Positions 10,600 to 19,822 of a stretch of DNA of 64,000 bases are shown here, piece by piece. A program made the position numbers and the translations under genes. The notes beneath the pieces were generated by a model. That model was given only the letters and a program-made list of their open reading frames with translations, made no database searches and was not told the origin of the DNA. The stretch is from Bythopirellula sp. (lineage in GTDB: Bacteria > Planctomycetota > Planctomycetia > Pirellulales > Lacipirellulaceae), in the NCBI GenBank assembly GCA_965216565.1, contig OZ244170.1:4256001-4320000 (forward strand), in the 5' to 3' direction. Position 1 is the stretch's first letter. Every line of letters begins with the position of its first letter.

Positions 10600-11886
10600 A
10601 TGCCAAAACAACGAAAGAACGAACAAATACGATGTCCACATTTTACCTGGAAGCTAGCCAGACGAAATAATGTCTGGTATGCCGATGGCCGCAGCAACTC
10701 GGTCAACGCTGGTCGTCATTCTCTCGGGACAAAAAGTAAAGAGGTAGCCCTGCGGCAACTTCCTGGACTCGATCAAGCACGCGCCGAAGACCTTGGCTTA
10801 ATCCCAAAGCCTCACAGAGATCCAGCACAGGTTGTGCTTCTCTTATTGGAAGAAGGTAGGAAATTGTACGAGCAGCACATCGCACGTCCCCAGTTGGCTG
10901 GCGGACTTCGCAAGTCCTCACTTCGTCGCTACAGGGGGGCACTGAACAAATTTCTGCCCTATGCCAAACAACAGGGCATCACGACCTGGAATGGCGTTAC
11001 CGAGACACTCTTAACCGAATATATCGCATTCTTAGAAGCCAAGAATGCACCCCATACTATAAAGAAGGATCTAGTCATTGTGACGGGTGCTCACAGATGG
11101 CTGATTACGGCAGATCATATTCATGGCGTGCAGCCTATCAACCTGAAGTTCCGCGCCGGCGAGAGCCAAGCTCACTATTGCTATAGCCCGCAACAGGTGA
11201 AGGCAATGCTAGAACAGAGCCGCGAGGATCCCTCGCTGCGTTGGCTGGAATTGCTGATTGTGGGTCTTGCTTGCACTGGTCTACGTATCGAAGAACTATT
11301 GTCTCTGCGATGGACTGATATCGATCTCGAAAAAGGGCGATTGGAACTCACTGACGAGTCTGGGCATTGCCGCACAGACGGTACGCAGCTGCGGCAGACC
11401 AAGAGTGGGCGTAGCAGAACCCTGTCAATCCACCCTGACCTGCTCGCCATGCTGCGAGACATCGTGCCTAAGAAGGGATTTGTGTTTCATAGCCAAAAAG
11501 ACGGGAGAATTGATGCAAGAGATGCTCGAGGTATCTTCGTCAGCAAAATCATAGAACCACTCGCGGTGAAGTATCCTGAGCGACAAGGATCGAAGACTTT
11601 TGCTGATGCCCGATTTCACAGTTTTCGACATTACTTCTGTTCGACGTGTGCCAACAATAGTGTGCCGGAGCGAATTGTGATGACGTGGTTGGGTCACTCG
11701 AACAGTGAAATGATCCGGCACTATTATCATCTCCACGATCTGGAGGCGAAGCGTCGGATGGACAGTTTAAACTTCCTCGGTGAGTGTGGTGGATGGTCCA
11801 CCGGCCAAACCGGGGATAACAATGTTATGGATGATGCCGGACCAGGAGGTCCTGAGACACGAGACAACAGAGATACTGCTGATTGA
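10600..11886 (+). CDS. Tyrosine recombinase/integrase
   Basis: Full catalytic set: TGLRIEE (R), TKSG (K), FHSFRH (HxxR), LGHS (H), RHYY (Y). RBS AAGGAG upstream. Confidence 0.95.
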   Translation: MPKQRKNEQIRCPHFTWKLARRNNVWYADGRSNSVNAGRHSLGTKSKEVALRQLPGLDQARAEDLGLIPKPHRDPAQVVLLLLEEGRKLYEQHIARPQLAGGLRKSSLRRYRGALNKFLPYAKQQGITTWNGVTETLLTEYIAFLEAKNAPHTIKKDLVIVTGAHRWLITADHIHGVQPINLKFRAGESQAHYCYSPQQVKAMLEQSREDPSLRWLELLIVGLACTGLRIEELLSLRWTDIDLEKGRLELTDESGHCRTDGTQLRQTKSGRSRTLSIHPDLLAMLRDIVPKKGFVFHSQKDGRIDARDARGIFVSKIIEPLAVKYPERQGSKTFADARFHSFRHYFCSTCANNSVPERIVMTWLGHSNSEMIRHYYHLHDLEAKRRMDSLNFLGECGGWSTGQTGDNNVMDDAGPGGPETRDNRDTAD

Positions 11887-11893
11887 CGCAGTC

Positions 11894-11915
11894 TTGGCAC
11901 AGTTAACTGTGCCAA
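11894..11915. repeat. Perfect 22-bp palindrome TTGGCACAGTT|AACTGTGCCAA
   Basis: Read directly; starts 8 nt after the integrase stop codon. Confidence 0.9.
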
Positions 11916-12029
11916 TGAATCTTACAATTAAAAATGCCTACAAAGATAGAGCTTTTAGTAGTAGGATTCAGAGAACCCGGCGACTTATCAAGTCGCGGCT
12001 ATTACGACTCTTGAGCCAAGACATTCCCC

Positions 12030-14105
12030 ATGCCCAATCGACTAGCCGATGAAACCAGCCCCTATCTGTTGCAGCACAAGAACAATCCAGTGGATTGGTA
12101 TCCGTGGGGGCCCGAAGCGCTGAAGCATGCTAAAGAGGAACAGAAGCCAATCTTTCTTTCAATCGGTTACTCGGCCTGCCATTGGTGTCATGTGATGGAG
12201 CACGAGAGTTTCGAAGACGAAGAGATCGCTGCGGCACTCAACGAGAACTTCGTCTGCATCAAAGTCGATCGCGAAGAGCGACCTGACTTGGACCAAATCT
12301 ATATGTCGGCTGTGCAGGCGCTGACGCAACGGGGCGGCTGGCCGATGAGCGTGTTTCTGACGCCCGATCTTAAGCCATTCTATGCAGGGACTTACTGGCC
12401 GCCGCGAGCCGGGAGGGGGATGCCAGGGTTCGATCAGGTGGTCGCCGCCGTGGCCAATGCGTGGAAAACCAATCGCGATGCGGTCGTCGAACAGTCGCAG
12501 CAATTGACCAATCACCTGGGCGAAATGCAGAAAGGCTCGGACACAGGGGAATTGAGTGCCGATTTGATCGAGGGTGCAGTCAAGCACTTCGCTCAGACTT
12601 TCGACTCACAGCATGGCGGTTTTGGCGGAGCCCCCAAGTTTCCCGCGCCCATGGTGTTGCGTCTACTTCTGCGAGACTACCAGCGCCGGCAGCAGCGAGA
12701 ATCGCTCGACATGGTCCGCACAACGCTCGATAAAATGGCTGCCGGGGGCATCTACGACCATCTGGGCGGCGGCTTTGCACGCTACTCGGTCGACCAACGT
12801 TGGTTGGTGCCCCATTTCGAAAAGATGCTGTACGACAACGCCCAATTGGCGGTTACTTATCTAGAGGCGTTCCAGGTAACCGGTGACGAGGCCTACGCCC
12901 GCGTCGTGCGGGAAATGCTCGACTATGTGTTGCGCGACATGACCGACCCCGCCGGCGGTTTCTACAGCACGGAAGATGCCGATAGCGAAGGGGTCGAAGG
13001 CAAGTTCTACGTTTGGACCCCCGATAGTCTGAAAGAGGTATTGGGAGAACAGGCTGCCGAGACGTTTGCCCGGGTTTACGACGTCACCGAGTCGGGCAAT
13101 TTTGAGCATGGCCAGAGCATTCTCAATTTGCCGAAGTCGATCGCCCAACACGCTAAGCTACTCGACCGCGATGTGGCAGACCTGGAGGAAGAACTCGCCG
13201 CTAGTCGGGCCAAGCTTTTCGAGGCGCGCGAAAAACGCGTGCATCCTCACAAAGACGACAAAGTGATCGTGGCCTGGAACGGCTTGATGATCGCAGCCTT
13301 TGCCAAGGCTGGTGCCGTATTGGGAGAGGATCGTTATTTGCAAGCGGCCCAAGACGCGGCCAATTTTCTGCTGCAAGAAGTTCGCCGCGAGGACGGCCGT
13401 CTGCTCCACACCTGGCGTGGGGGCAAAGCAAAGTTGGACGCGTATCTGGACGACTATGCCTATCTAGCAAATGGCTTGATCTCGCTGTACGAAGCGACGT
13501 TCGTGGGCCGATACCTCGACGAAGCGCAGGCATTACTCGAAACAGTGCTCAAGCATTTCCGCGACGAGAAGGACGGAGGATTCTATTTCACGGCCGACGA
13601 CCACGAGGAATTGATCCTCCGTAATAAGGATCTCTTAGATAACGCGGTACCTAGCGGCAACGCGATGGCGGCCACGGCACTGTGGCGAATGAGTTTGTTC
13701 ACCGGCGACGATCGATACCGCGAGGCAGCACTAGGGGCTTGGCGAGTGACCGGGGAAACAATGCGACGCTATCCCTCGGCTGCCGCCCAATCGTTGCAGG
13801 GTGTCGATAGGGTTCAGGGACCGAGTTATGAACTCGTGTTGGCAGTAGATCTGAGTGACGATGCCGAGCAGCAGGTACTCTCGCAGTTGCAGCAGCGCTA
13901 TTTGCCGAACAAGGTGCTGGCTGTCGTAGGTCCGAATGTGCCGGAGCCGCCTGAGGCCGCGAGCGAGCTATTGGCGGGCAAAAGCCGTTTGGGCGAGGCG
14001 GCAACGCTCTACGTTTGCGAAGGATTTACCTGCCAGGCACCCTCGCAGGGGGCGGAAGAAATCGAACACGCGCTCGATGGACTCATGCCGATCGGCTCAC
14101 TCTAG
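12030..14105 (+). CDS. Thioredoxin-domain protein, YyaL/SPATA20 (DUF255) family
   Basis: [43 protein letters not shown]. Confidence 0.95.
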   Translation: MPNRLADETSPYLLQHKNNPVDWYPWGPEALKHAKEEQKPIFLSIGYSACHWCHVMEHESFEDEEIAAALNENFVCIKVDREERPDLDQIYMSAVQALTQRGGWPMSVFLTPDLKPFYAGTYWPPRAGRGMPGFDQVVAAVANAWKTNRDAVVEQSQQLTNHLGEMQKGSDTGELSADLIEGAVKHFAQTFDSQHGGFGGAPKFPAPMVLRLLLRDYQRRQQRESLDMVRTTLDKMAAGGIYDHLGGGFARYSVDQRWLVPHFEKMLYDNAQLAVTYLEAFQVTGDEAYARVVREMLDYVLRDMTDPAGGFYSTEDADSEGVEGKFYVWTPDSLKEVLGEQAAETFARVYDVTESGNFEHGQSILNLPKSIAQHAKLLDRDVADLEEELAASRAKLFEAREKRVHPHKDDKVIVAWNGLMIAAFAKAGAVLGEDRYLQAAQDAANFLLQEVRREDGRLLHTWRGGKAKLDAYLDDYAYLANGLISLYEATFVGRYLDEAQALLETVLKHFRDEKDGGFYFTADDHEELILRNKDLLDNAVPSGNAMAATALWRMSLFTGDDRYREAALGAWRVTGETMRRYPSAAAQSLQGVDRVQGPSYELVLAVDLSDDAEQQVLSQLQQRYLPNKVLAVVGPNVPEPPEAASELLAGKSRLGEAATLYVCEGFTCQAPSQGAEEIEHALDGLMPIGSL

Positions 14106-14480
14106 CTCAAGCGAAGACTCAGCGAGCGCCGCCTTCTCCGCCTGATCGATTTTCTGCATCAGCTCTTCCATGCGTTTGATTTGCTGACCACTTTCGGCAA
14201 TGAGCTGCTCGAGCACAATAATTCGGCTGGTGAGTTGACCATTGAGATCGCGGGCCATTTCGTGCATCTCCACTTTTTCTCGTTCGATGTGGGCGAGGGT
14301 GTCCTTTTGCGCCCCGTCCCATTTGCTAGTCGGACGAGGTTGCAATTCGATGGGGCCTTGGTCGCGTCGGCGTCGGGAACGACCAAAGTAGCGCGATGCC
14401 CGTTTCATGAGAATAAACGTCAGCAACCCCGCCCCGGCAAGGAACATCAACAACGGTGTGAGGTTGGCAAGTAAGATCAT
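14097..14480 (-). CDS. Small membrane-anchored coiled-coil hypothetical protein
   Basis: N-terminal TM then heptad-rich helix; co-oriented downstream of larC. Confidence 0.7.
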   Translation of the reverse strand: MILLANLTPLLMFLAGAGLLTFILMKRASRYFGRSRRRRDQGPIELQPRPTSKWDGAQKDTLAHIEREKVEMHEMARDLNGQLTSRIIVLEQLIAESGQQIKRMEELMQKIDQAEKAALAESSLELE

Positions 14481-14492
14481 GGTTTTCTGAGT

Positions 14493-14603
14493 ACAGGATG
14501 ACAGGATCTATCGGTTTCACAGGATGAAGCTTTGATGCACCCCATTGTGAAGCCCGGCATATAATTCCAAATCCTGTACATCCTGCCAATCCAGTTATCC
14601 TGT
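14493..14603. repeat. Inverted array of short repeats (ACAGGAT x3 / ATCCTGT-like x4)
   Basis: ACAGGAT at 14493, 14501, 14519; complementary units at 14571, 14580, 14589, 14597. Confidence 0.8.
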
Positions 14604-15782
14604 CTAGGTATTGGCAGAATTGAAGGCCGCTTTGGCTGCCGTTTCGACTTCTGCTCGGGGCACCTGATGTTTATCGGCAATTTCTGCGACGGATTCGTAT
14701 TCTGGCGAAAAACGGACGCTCCCGTCTGGCAAAGTGGCCACAATACCGGCAACCTCACCCCATTGTGTGACAGCACTCACCTGCTGGCGGGGCAATGTGA
14801 GCCGTTGGAGCGCCGACTTGCGAATGCCTAGCGTTGTGGTTTCGGCAAAGATGATGCCGGCTAGCTGCTCCGCATCGCGCGGTTGGCATTGCACTGCCAG
14901 CAGTACACCAGGCCGATGTTTCTTCATCTGCAGCGGCGAAGTCGCGACGTCCAGTGCACCCGCTTTCCACAGTTTTTCTATGCAGTAGCCCACCGATTCG
15001 CCGGTGATATCGTCCAGGTTGGTTTCCAGTAGCACGATCGAATCCGCGGTAGTCGATGCCGGCGAATCCGCACATTCCCCAACCATCAGCCGCAGTAGAT
15101 TGGGATGTTCGAAGTCCTTTTGCCCCGCTCCGTAGCCGATGCTATCGATCGTCATCGCCGGCACGGGGCCAAAGCTCTCGACGAGGGTGGCGACTATCGC
15201 AGCCCCGGTGGGCGTGGTGAGTTCCCCTTCGACATGGCTCTCGGCAATCGGGATTCCGCGCAGCAACTCGCCGGTGGCGGGTGCCGGAATGGCGCAGCGA
15301 CCGTGGGCAATTTCAATGAACCCCGTGCCGGTGGGAATGGGGGAGGCGACAACACGGTCGACCCCCAGCAGATCCCAAGCAATGGCAGAGCCCACGATAT
15401 CGGCGATTGAATCGACCGCCCCCACTTCGTGAAAATGAACTTTCTCAAGGGTCGAACCGTGCACCTTGGCTTCCGCCTCGGCAAGACGGTGAAATATTTT
15501 GCCTGCCAGGTCTTGTTGGGTGGGCGTTAGTTGGCTCCCCTGGATCATCTCGGTGATGTGATGCAGATGGCGATGGGCATGCTCCGGCTCGTGCTCGACG
15601 GTGAGCTGCAGTGCGCGAAAGCAACTCTTCTGTACTTCCTCGCACTTCAATCGGCAACTGGGCAGGCCCAACGAATCGATGCCCGCCTGGATGGCCCCCA
15701 ACTCGACGCCGGCATCCACCAGCGCCCCCAGCATCATGTCGCCGCTCACACCACTAGCACAGTCGAGGTAGGCAACACGCAT
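14604..15782 (-). CDS. larC: Nickel-pincer cofactor biosynthesis protein LarC
   Basis: YLDCASGVSGDMMLGAL, His-rich HEPEHAHRHLHH, VHFHEVGAVDSIADIVG, ELTTPTGAAI, LETNLDD. Confidence 0.95.
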   Translation of the reverse strand: MRVAYLDCASGVSGDMMLGALVDAGVELGAIQAGIDSLGLPSCRLKCEEVQKSCFRALQLTVEHEPEHAHRHLHHITEMIQGSQLTPTQQDLAGKIFHRLAEAEAKVHGSTLEKVHFHEVGAVDSIADIVGSAIAWDLLGVDRVVASPIPTGTGFIEIAHGRCAIPAPATGELLRGIPIAESHVEGELTTPTGAAIVATLVESFGPVPAMTIDSIGYGAGQKDFEHPNLLRLMVGECADSPASTTADSIVLLETNLDDITGESVGYCIEKLWKAGALDVATSPLQMKKHRPGVLLAVQCQPRDAEQLAGIIFAETTTLGIRKSALQRLTLPRQQVSAVTQWGEVAGIVATLPDGSVRFSPEYESVAEIADKHQVPRAEVETAAKAAFNSANT

Positions 15783-16028
15783 CTAGGTTTCTCAGTTGTG
15801 GAGATGGAGAGACAAACTAGTTGGAGAGGAATTTCAGCAGAGAGCAAAGAGCTGAGAGCCAAGTGGATTGAGCTGATTGCTGACTGCAAACCTGTGGGTT
15901 CATTCTAGAGAAGCTTGGGCGAATCGGCAAAGAGCGTTGTGCCGCGCGCTAGCATTGACCCAATTTCGGGGAATTGGTACCGTCCCACCCGCTCACGCTC
16001 TATCCTTTCATTCATCGATTGTGCTGTC

Positions 16029-16958
16029 ATGGGTTCCACCGCGGCTTGCAAAGTTGGTTCTGCTTTAGGCGGATTGCCAAGCCGGATGAAGGTGCTGTTT
16101 ATCACCACAAGTGCCCGACCTTGCAGTTGGCTAACTGAGGCGTTTGCTGCCGACAATGCCACGCAGATTACGCTGGAGGAAGTCATTGGCAAAGCTGCCG
16201 GCTTGATTCGCCTCCGCGACGAAGTCTTCGATGCGGTGCTGGTGACTCACGAACCAGCCGAGTTAGATGCCCTCGATCTGGTTGAGGGACTGCGGGGTGG
16301 CGGCAATGAAGAACCGATGATCTTACTGGGCAGTGAGGCCCCCGAGCATATCGACGCCCTCTGCTACGAGGTGGGTGCCGACGACTACTGCTGCATCGGA
16401 GAAACCACCGTCCGCGGATTGCTCTGGAAATTTGGCCGAGCGATCGAACGGCATCAGCTCGTCCGCGAAAATCGACGGCTCGTCCAGGTGGAACGCCAAC
16501 GTTTGCAGCAAGAACATAGCGAGGCCCAACGCTTGCTCGATCAGCAACGTGCCTTGATTGAAGACCTACACAATCTCGGCGAAGAGAATAGCCAAACGGA
16601 AGACGCGTGCGACAATACCGAAACCTCCACGCAGCGAACCCAATTACCGACGGAGTTTTCACCCGCGCTAGTGAAACACTATCGCGAACTGCTGCGCGCC
16701 TACGTGATTATGGGTGTCGGAAACCTGGCGGATGAGATGAACACTTTGGCCGATCATTTGGCTGGCAGTGGTGCTTCCGCCCAACGGGCTGTCCAACTGC
16801 ATGTTTCTGTGTTGGAGGATTTGGTGCAGGGCTTGGGCAACCGTAGTGCGAGGCACGTCATCAATCGCGCCGATCTCTTGGTGCTGGAGGTCATGGGCCA
16901 CCTGGCCGACGACTACCGCCTGCGGTACGAGCAAACGATGTCGATTTCGGATTTCTGA
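16029..16958 (+). CDS. Pseudo-receiver + coiled coil + KaiA-C/RsbU_N-like helical domain protein
   Basis: Receiver-like segment (FDAVLVTHE, PMILLG, GADDY) lacks the phosphoacceptor Asp; C-terminal YRELLRAY...VQLH...LEVMGHLADDYR. Start at 16029 or 16086. Confidence 0.75.
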   Translation: MGSTAACKVGSALGGLPSRMKVLFITTSARPCSWLTEAFAADNATQITLEEVIGKAAGLIRLRDEVFDAVLVTHEPAELDALDLVEGLRGGGNEEPMILLGSEAPEHIDALCYEVGADDYCCIGETTVRGLLWKFGRAIERHQLVRENRRLVQVERQRLQQEHSEAQRLLDQQRALIEDLHNLGEENSQTEDACDNTETSTQRTQLPTEFSPALVKHYRELLRAYVIMGVGNLADEMNTLADHLAGSGASAQRAVQLHVSVLEDLVQGLGNRSARHVINRADLLVLEVMGHLADDYRLRYEQTMSISDF

Positions 16959-17098
16959 TTTGGGATCGTGGATCGTGTTTCAGCTATTCCGCAATCCGCA
17001 GTGGTAAATCTGAATTCCTCACTGCCCCTAGCTCCTGGCCCCTCTCTCGGCCACAATGGCGGGACTCTTGGCCGGACCACCTTTCTCAGAAAGATCGG

Positions 17099-17488
17099 AT
17101 GAGCGATTCCACAACCACCCTTGAAGATCTAAAAACGTTGATCCGCGAATTTGTTGCGGAACGCGAGTGGGAAAAGTTCCATTCGCCCAAGAATCTGTCG
17201 ATGGCATTGTCCGTGGAAGCCTCGGAATTGATGGAGCATTTTCAGTGGATTGATCTGAATGAGTCGCGGGCCGTGGCAAACGACCCGAAAAAGCTGGCCG
17301 AGGTGGGGGAAGAGCTGGCCGACGTTTTTGCTTACAGTCTGGCACTAGCCGACGTGTTGGGGCTCGACTTGGCCGATACGGTACGTGCCAAAATGGTGAA
17401 GAACGTCGAGAAATATCCTGCCGATAAGTTTCGCGGCATCTATAGCATTGAAGACAAGCGGGACAGCGTCGAAGACAAACGGGGCTAG
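17099..17488 (+). CDS. MazG-like nucleotide pyrophosphohydrolase (dCTP pyrophosphatase-like)
   Basis: EREWEKFHSPKNLSMALSVEASELMEHFQW, EELADV, KMVKNVEKYP. Confidence 0.92.
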   Translation: MSDSTTTLEDLKTLIREFVAEREWEKFHSPKNLSMALSVEASELMEHFQWIDLNESRAVANDPKKLAEVGEELADVFAYSLALADVLGLDLADTVRAKMVKNVEKYPADKFRGIYSIEDKRDSVEDKRG

Positions 17489-17499
17489 TTCGTTGCGGC

Positions 17500-18687
17500 A
17501 TGGAACGACCTTTTAGTCATTTGGCGATCGTGGGTGCCAGTGTTCGTGCTGCTGCGGAGTCGGTATATCTTTCAGGTCGTACAGCGGTCGCAGCCGACCT
17601 ATTTGCCGATGCTGACCTCCGCCAACTTTGTCACGCCACCGAGATCAAGGACTATCCCTCGGGGCTTGCGGAGTGGCTCGAGCGAACAGAGTGCGACGCC
17701 TGGATCTACACAGGGGCGCTCGAGAATCATCCGAATCTGATCGACGACTTGGCTCGGATCCGCCCCCTTTTGGGAAACGCTGGCGACACGCTCCGCCAAG
17801 TCCGCGATCCGCTTGTGCTACAGCAGAAATTGCATGCCCATGGTTTGCCTTTTCCCGAGACGTACAGTGCCAAACATGGCAAGCCACTCGCAGGCGACTG
17901 GCTCGTGAAGACGTACCGTGGTAGTAGCGGCAGCGGTGTCCGTGTCGTCCCCCTCCCTTTTAGGGAGGGGCTAGGGGAGGGTGGAGTTTTCGCAGGGTTC
18001 CCCCCCTCTCCTAACCTCTCCCCGGAGGGGAGAGGGACTTCAATTCCAGGGCACTATCTGCAGCGTCGAGTTCAAGGTGACCCAGGTGCCGCCATTTTTG
18101 CCGGGGAAACTCTACTCGGCGTCAGCCGACAACTTGTGGGCGAAAGCTGGACGGGTGCAGGCGTCTTTCAGTATTGCGGATCGATCGCCCCCTGGTCGTT
18201 TGCACCCGCTGCGGAAGCTACGCTCCAAGAGATCGGTCGCGTGTTGGCGGACGAGTTCCAATTGCAGGGACTCTATGGGGTCGACTTTATTGACGACGGC
18301 CAGGAGATTTGGCCGGTGGAGGTGAACCCCCGCTACACGGCATCGGTGGAAATGATCGAACTTGCGTATAGTCTCCAAGCGATCGACTGGCAGCTGTCGA
18401 CATGCTCCGCGAGTAATTTGCCACAGTTGCCACCGCTCAGCCGACAGACGCCCTCGACGCACCTGGCCAAGGCAATCTGGTTTGCGAAGAGTCCGTTACA
18501 GATCACCGCGCTAGCCTCTTCCTGGGCATTATCGCAGAGGGACTTGTCGGACATTCCCGTGCTCGGCACGACGATCGACGTCGGCGACCCAGTGCTGACC
18601 GTGCGAACTGAAGGTTGGACGGCTGAGGAAACTCTTGCTAGTTTGCAGCAGCGGATCATTGAACTGGAAAGTCGATTTGGAGAGTGA
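17500..18687 (+). CDS. ATP-grasp domain protein (COG2232-like; possibly C1/methanopterin-linked cofactor synthesis)
   Basis: GASVRAAAES, ADLFADADL, WLVK..GSSGSGV, GLYGVDFI, VEVNPRYTAS; carries an in-frame repeat insertion. Confidence 0.85.
   Translation: MERPFSHLAIVGASVRAAAESVYLSGRTAVAADLFADADLRQLCHATEIKDYPSGLAEWLERTECDAWIYTGALENHPNLIDDLARIRPLLGNAGDTLRQVRDPLVLQQKLHAHGLPFPETYSAKHGKPLAGDWLVKTYRGSSGSGVRVVPLPFREGLGEGGVFAGFPPSPNLSPEGRGTSIPGHYLQRRVQGDPGAAIFAGETLLGVSRQLVGESWTGAGVFQYCGSIAPWSFAPAAEATLQEIGRVLADEFQLQGLYGVDFIDDGQEIWPVEVNPRYTASVEMIELAYSLQAIDWQLSTCSASNLPQLPPLSRQTPSTHLAKAIWFAKSPLQITALASSWALSQRDLSDIPVLGTTIDVGDPVLTVRTEGWTAEETLASLQQRIIELESRFGE
17947..18038. repeat. REP-like palindromic doublet inserted in frame in the ATP-grasp gene
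   Basis: GTCCCCCTCCCTTTTAGGGAGGGGCTAGGGGAGGG ... CCCCCTCTCCTAACCTCTCCCCGGAGGGGAGAGGGAC; related single unit at 19223-19260. Confidence 0.85.
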
Positions 18688-19178
18688 TGAGCACAGTGCG
18701 ACTAGGAGTAGTGAGCGACACCCACGGCCACGTGGAAAACACCCGCCAGGCTGTGCGGATGCTTGAGAGCCTAGAGGTCGACCGCTTGCTGCATTGCGGA
18801 GATATCGGGACGCCCGAGATCGTCGAAATGCTAGCCCCCTGGCCCACCGACTACGTGTTGGGCAATTGCGACTACAACGGGGCCGAACTGGCCAGTGCCA
18901 TTGCTGCGGCTGGGCAGACGTTTCACGACCAGTTTGCAGAGCTGGAGATTGCGGGCCGGCGGATTGTCCTGCTGCACAGCCACGATCGCCGCAAATTTCG
19001 TGAACTTACCGAAAGCGGCGAGTGGGATCTAGTTTGCTACGGCCATTCGCACATAGCATCGATCGATCGTCACGGCGAGACCCTCGTACTAAATCCTGGG
19101 GCGCTGTACCGTGCGAATCCTCATAGCCTGGCCATTGTCGAATTGCCGGCGCTCGAGGCGCACCACGTGACGCTCTAG
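18684..19178 (+). CDS. YfcE/MJ0936-family metallophosphoesterase
   Basis: SDTHG, HCGD, GNCD, GHSH, LNPG. Confidence 0.93.
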   Translation: MMSTVRLGVVSDTHGHVENTRQAVRMLESLEVDRLLHCGDIGTPEIVEMLAPWPTDYVLGNCDYNGAELASAIAAAGQTFHDQFAELEIAGRRIVLLHSHDRRKFRELTESGEWDLVCYGHSHIASIDRHGETLVLNPGALYRANPHSLAIVELPALEAHHVTL

Positions 19179-19222
19179 ATCTCATGAGGAATCGAGGGAA
19201 AAAAATTCCCTATTCTATTGAT

Positions 19223-19260
19223 CCCCTCACCCAGCCCTCTCCCTTGAGGGGCGAGGGACT
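19223..19260. repeat. REP-like unit between convergent genes
   Basis: CCCCTCACCCAGCCCTCTCCCTTGAGGGGCGAGGGACT; same family as 17947-18038. Confidence 0.8.
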
Positions 19261-19297
19261 AAGGAGAAGTTTTCCCCTCGATTGATCAGAGCACAGG

Positions 19298-19822
19298 CTA
19301 ACCAGCGAGTCGATCGATGCGGTTGATCGGGATCGTCGTGGGAAGTTCTTCTTCCACAGCGTGGGCGAATTCCATCTGGTAAGCATCTTCTGGCGAGTCG
19401 TCGTAGTAAGAACGCAGCACAGAAGTTGCTTTGAACCCAGCGCTCTTGAAGAAGAGTTGTGCTGGCAAATTCGTTTCGCGCACTTCTAGTGTGATTTTTG
19501 TACGACGTTGGCTAGAGAGCTTGCCGATGAGCTTTTGCGCCATCTGCTGGCCAATGCCTCGGTGACGGGCACTATCGGCCACGGCGAAGTTGAGGATATG
19601 TAGCCGCGACTTGTGCAGCTCGTAGATCATGAAGCCGACAACACGCTCACCGTGCTCGGCAACCATGCCAATGCAGTTGCGTTGACGCAAGCAGCGAATG
19701 AAGTCCTCTTCGAACCAGGGGAATTCAAAACTTTCGCGTTCAATTTCCAATACTTCCGGCATGTCGCGTCGGATCATCCAGCGGATATGAACGCGTAACT
19801 GCTGTCGGTGATCGGCAGCCAT
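19298..19822 (-). CDS. rimI: RimI-like N-acetyltransferase
   Basis: IRWMIRRDMPEVLEIE, LHILNFAV, ITLEVRETNLPAQLFF, YY..PEDAY; GGAAGGAGG RBS supports the 19822 start. Confidence 0.9.
   Translation of the reverse strand: MAADHRQQLRVHIRWMIRRDMPEVLEIERESFEFPWFEEDFIRCLRQRNCIGMVAEHGERVVGFMIYELHKSRLHILNFAVADSARHRGIGQQMAQKLIGKLSSQRRTKITLEVRETNLPAQLFFKSAGFKATSVLRSYYDDSPEDAYQMEFAHAVEEELPTTIPINRIDRLAG

Larger units (their letters stand above)
8474..12000 (+). mobile_element. Integration module and probable right end of an integrative genomic island; left end not identified
   Basis: Excisionase-like gene + integrase, palindrome after the integrase, and a visible shift to GC-richer core genes from ~12030. 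Confidence 0.6.

Noticed and set aside
8474..11886. Prophage
   Set aside because: No structural, packaging, lysis or replication genes seen; only an integration module.
11887..12030. tRNA or tRNA fragment as integrase target
   Set aside because: No T-loop GTTCGA/TCGAAC, cloverleaf or CCA end recognisable on either strand.
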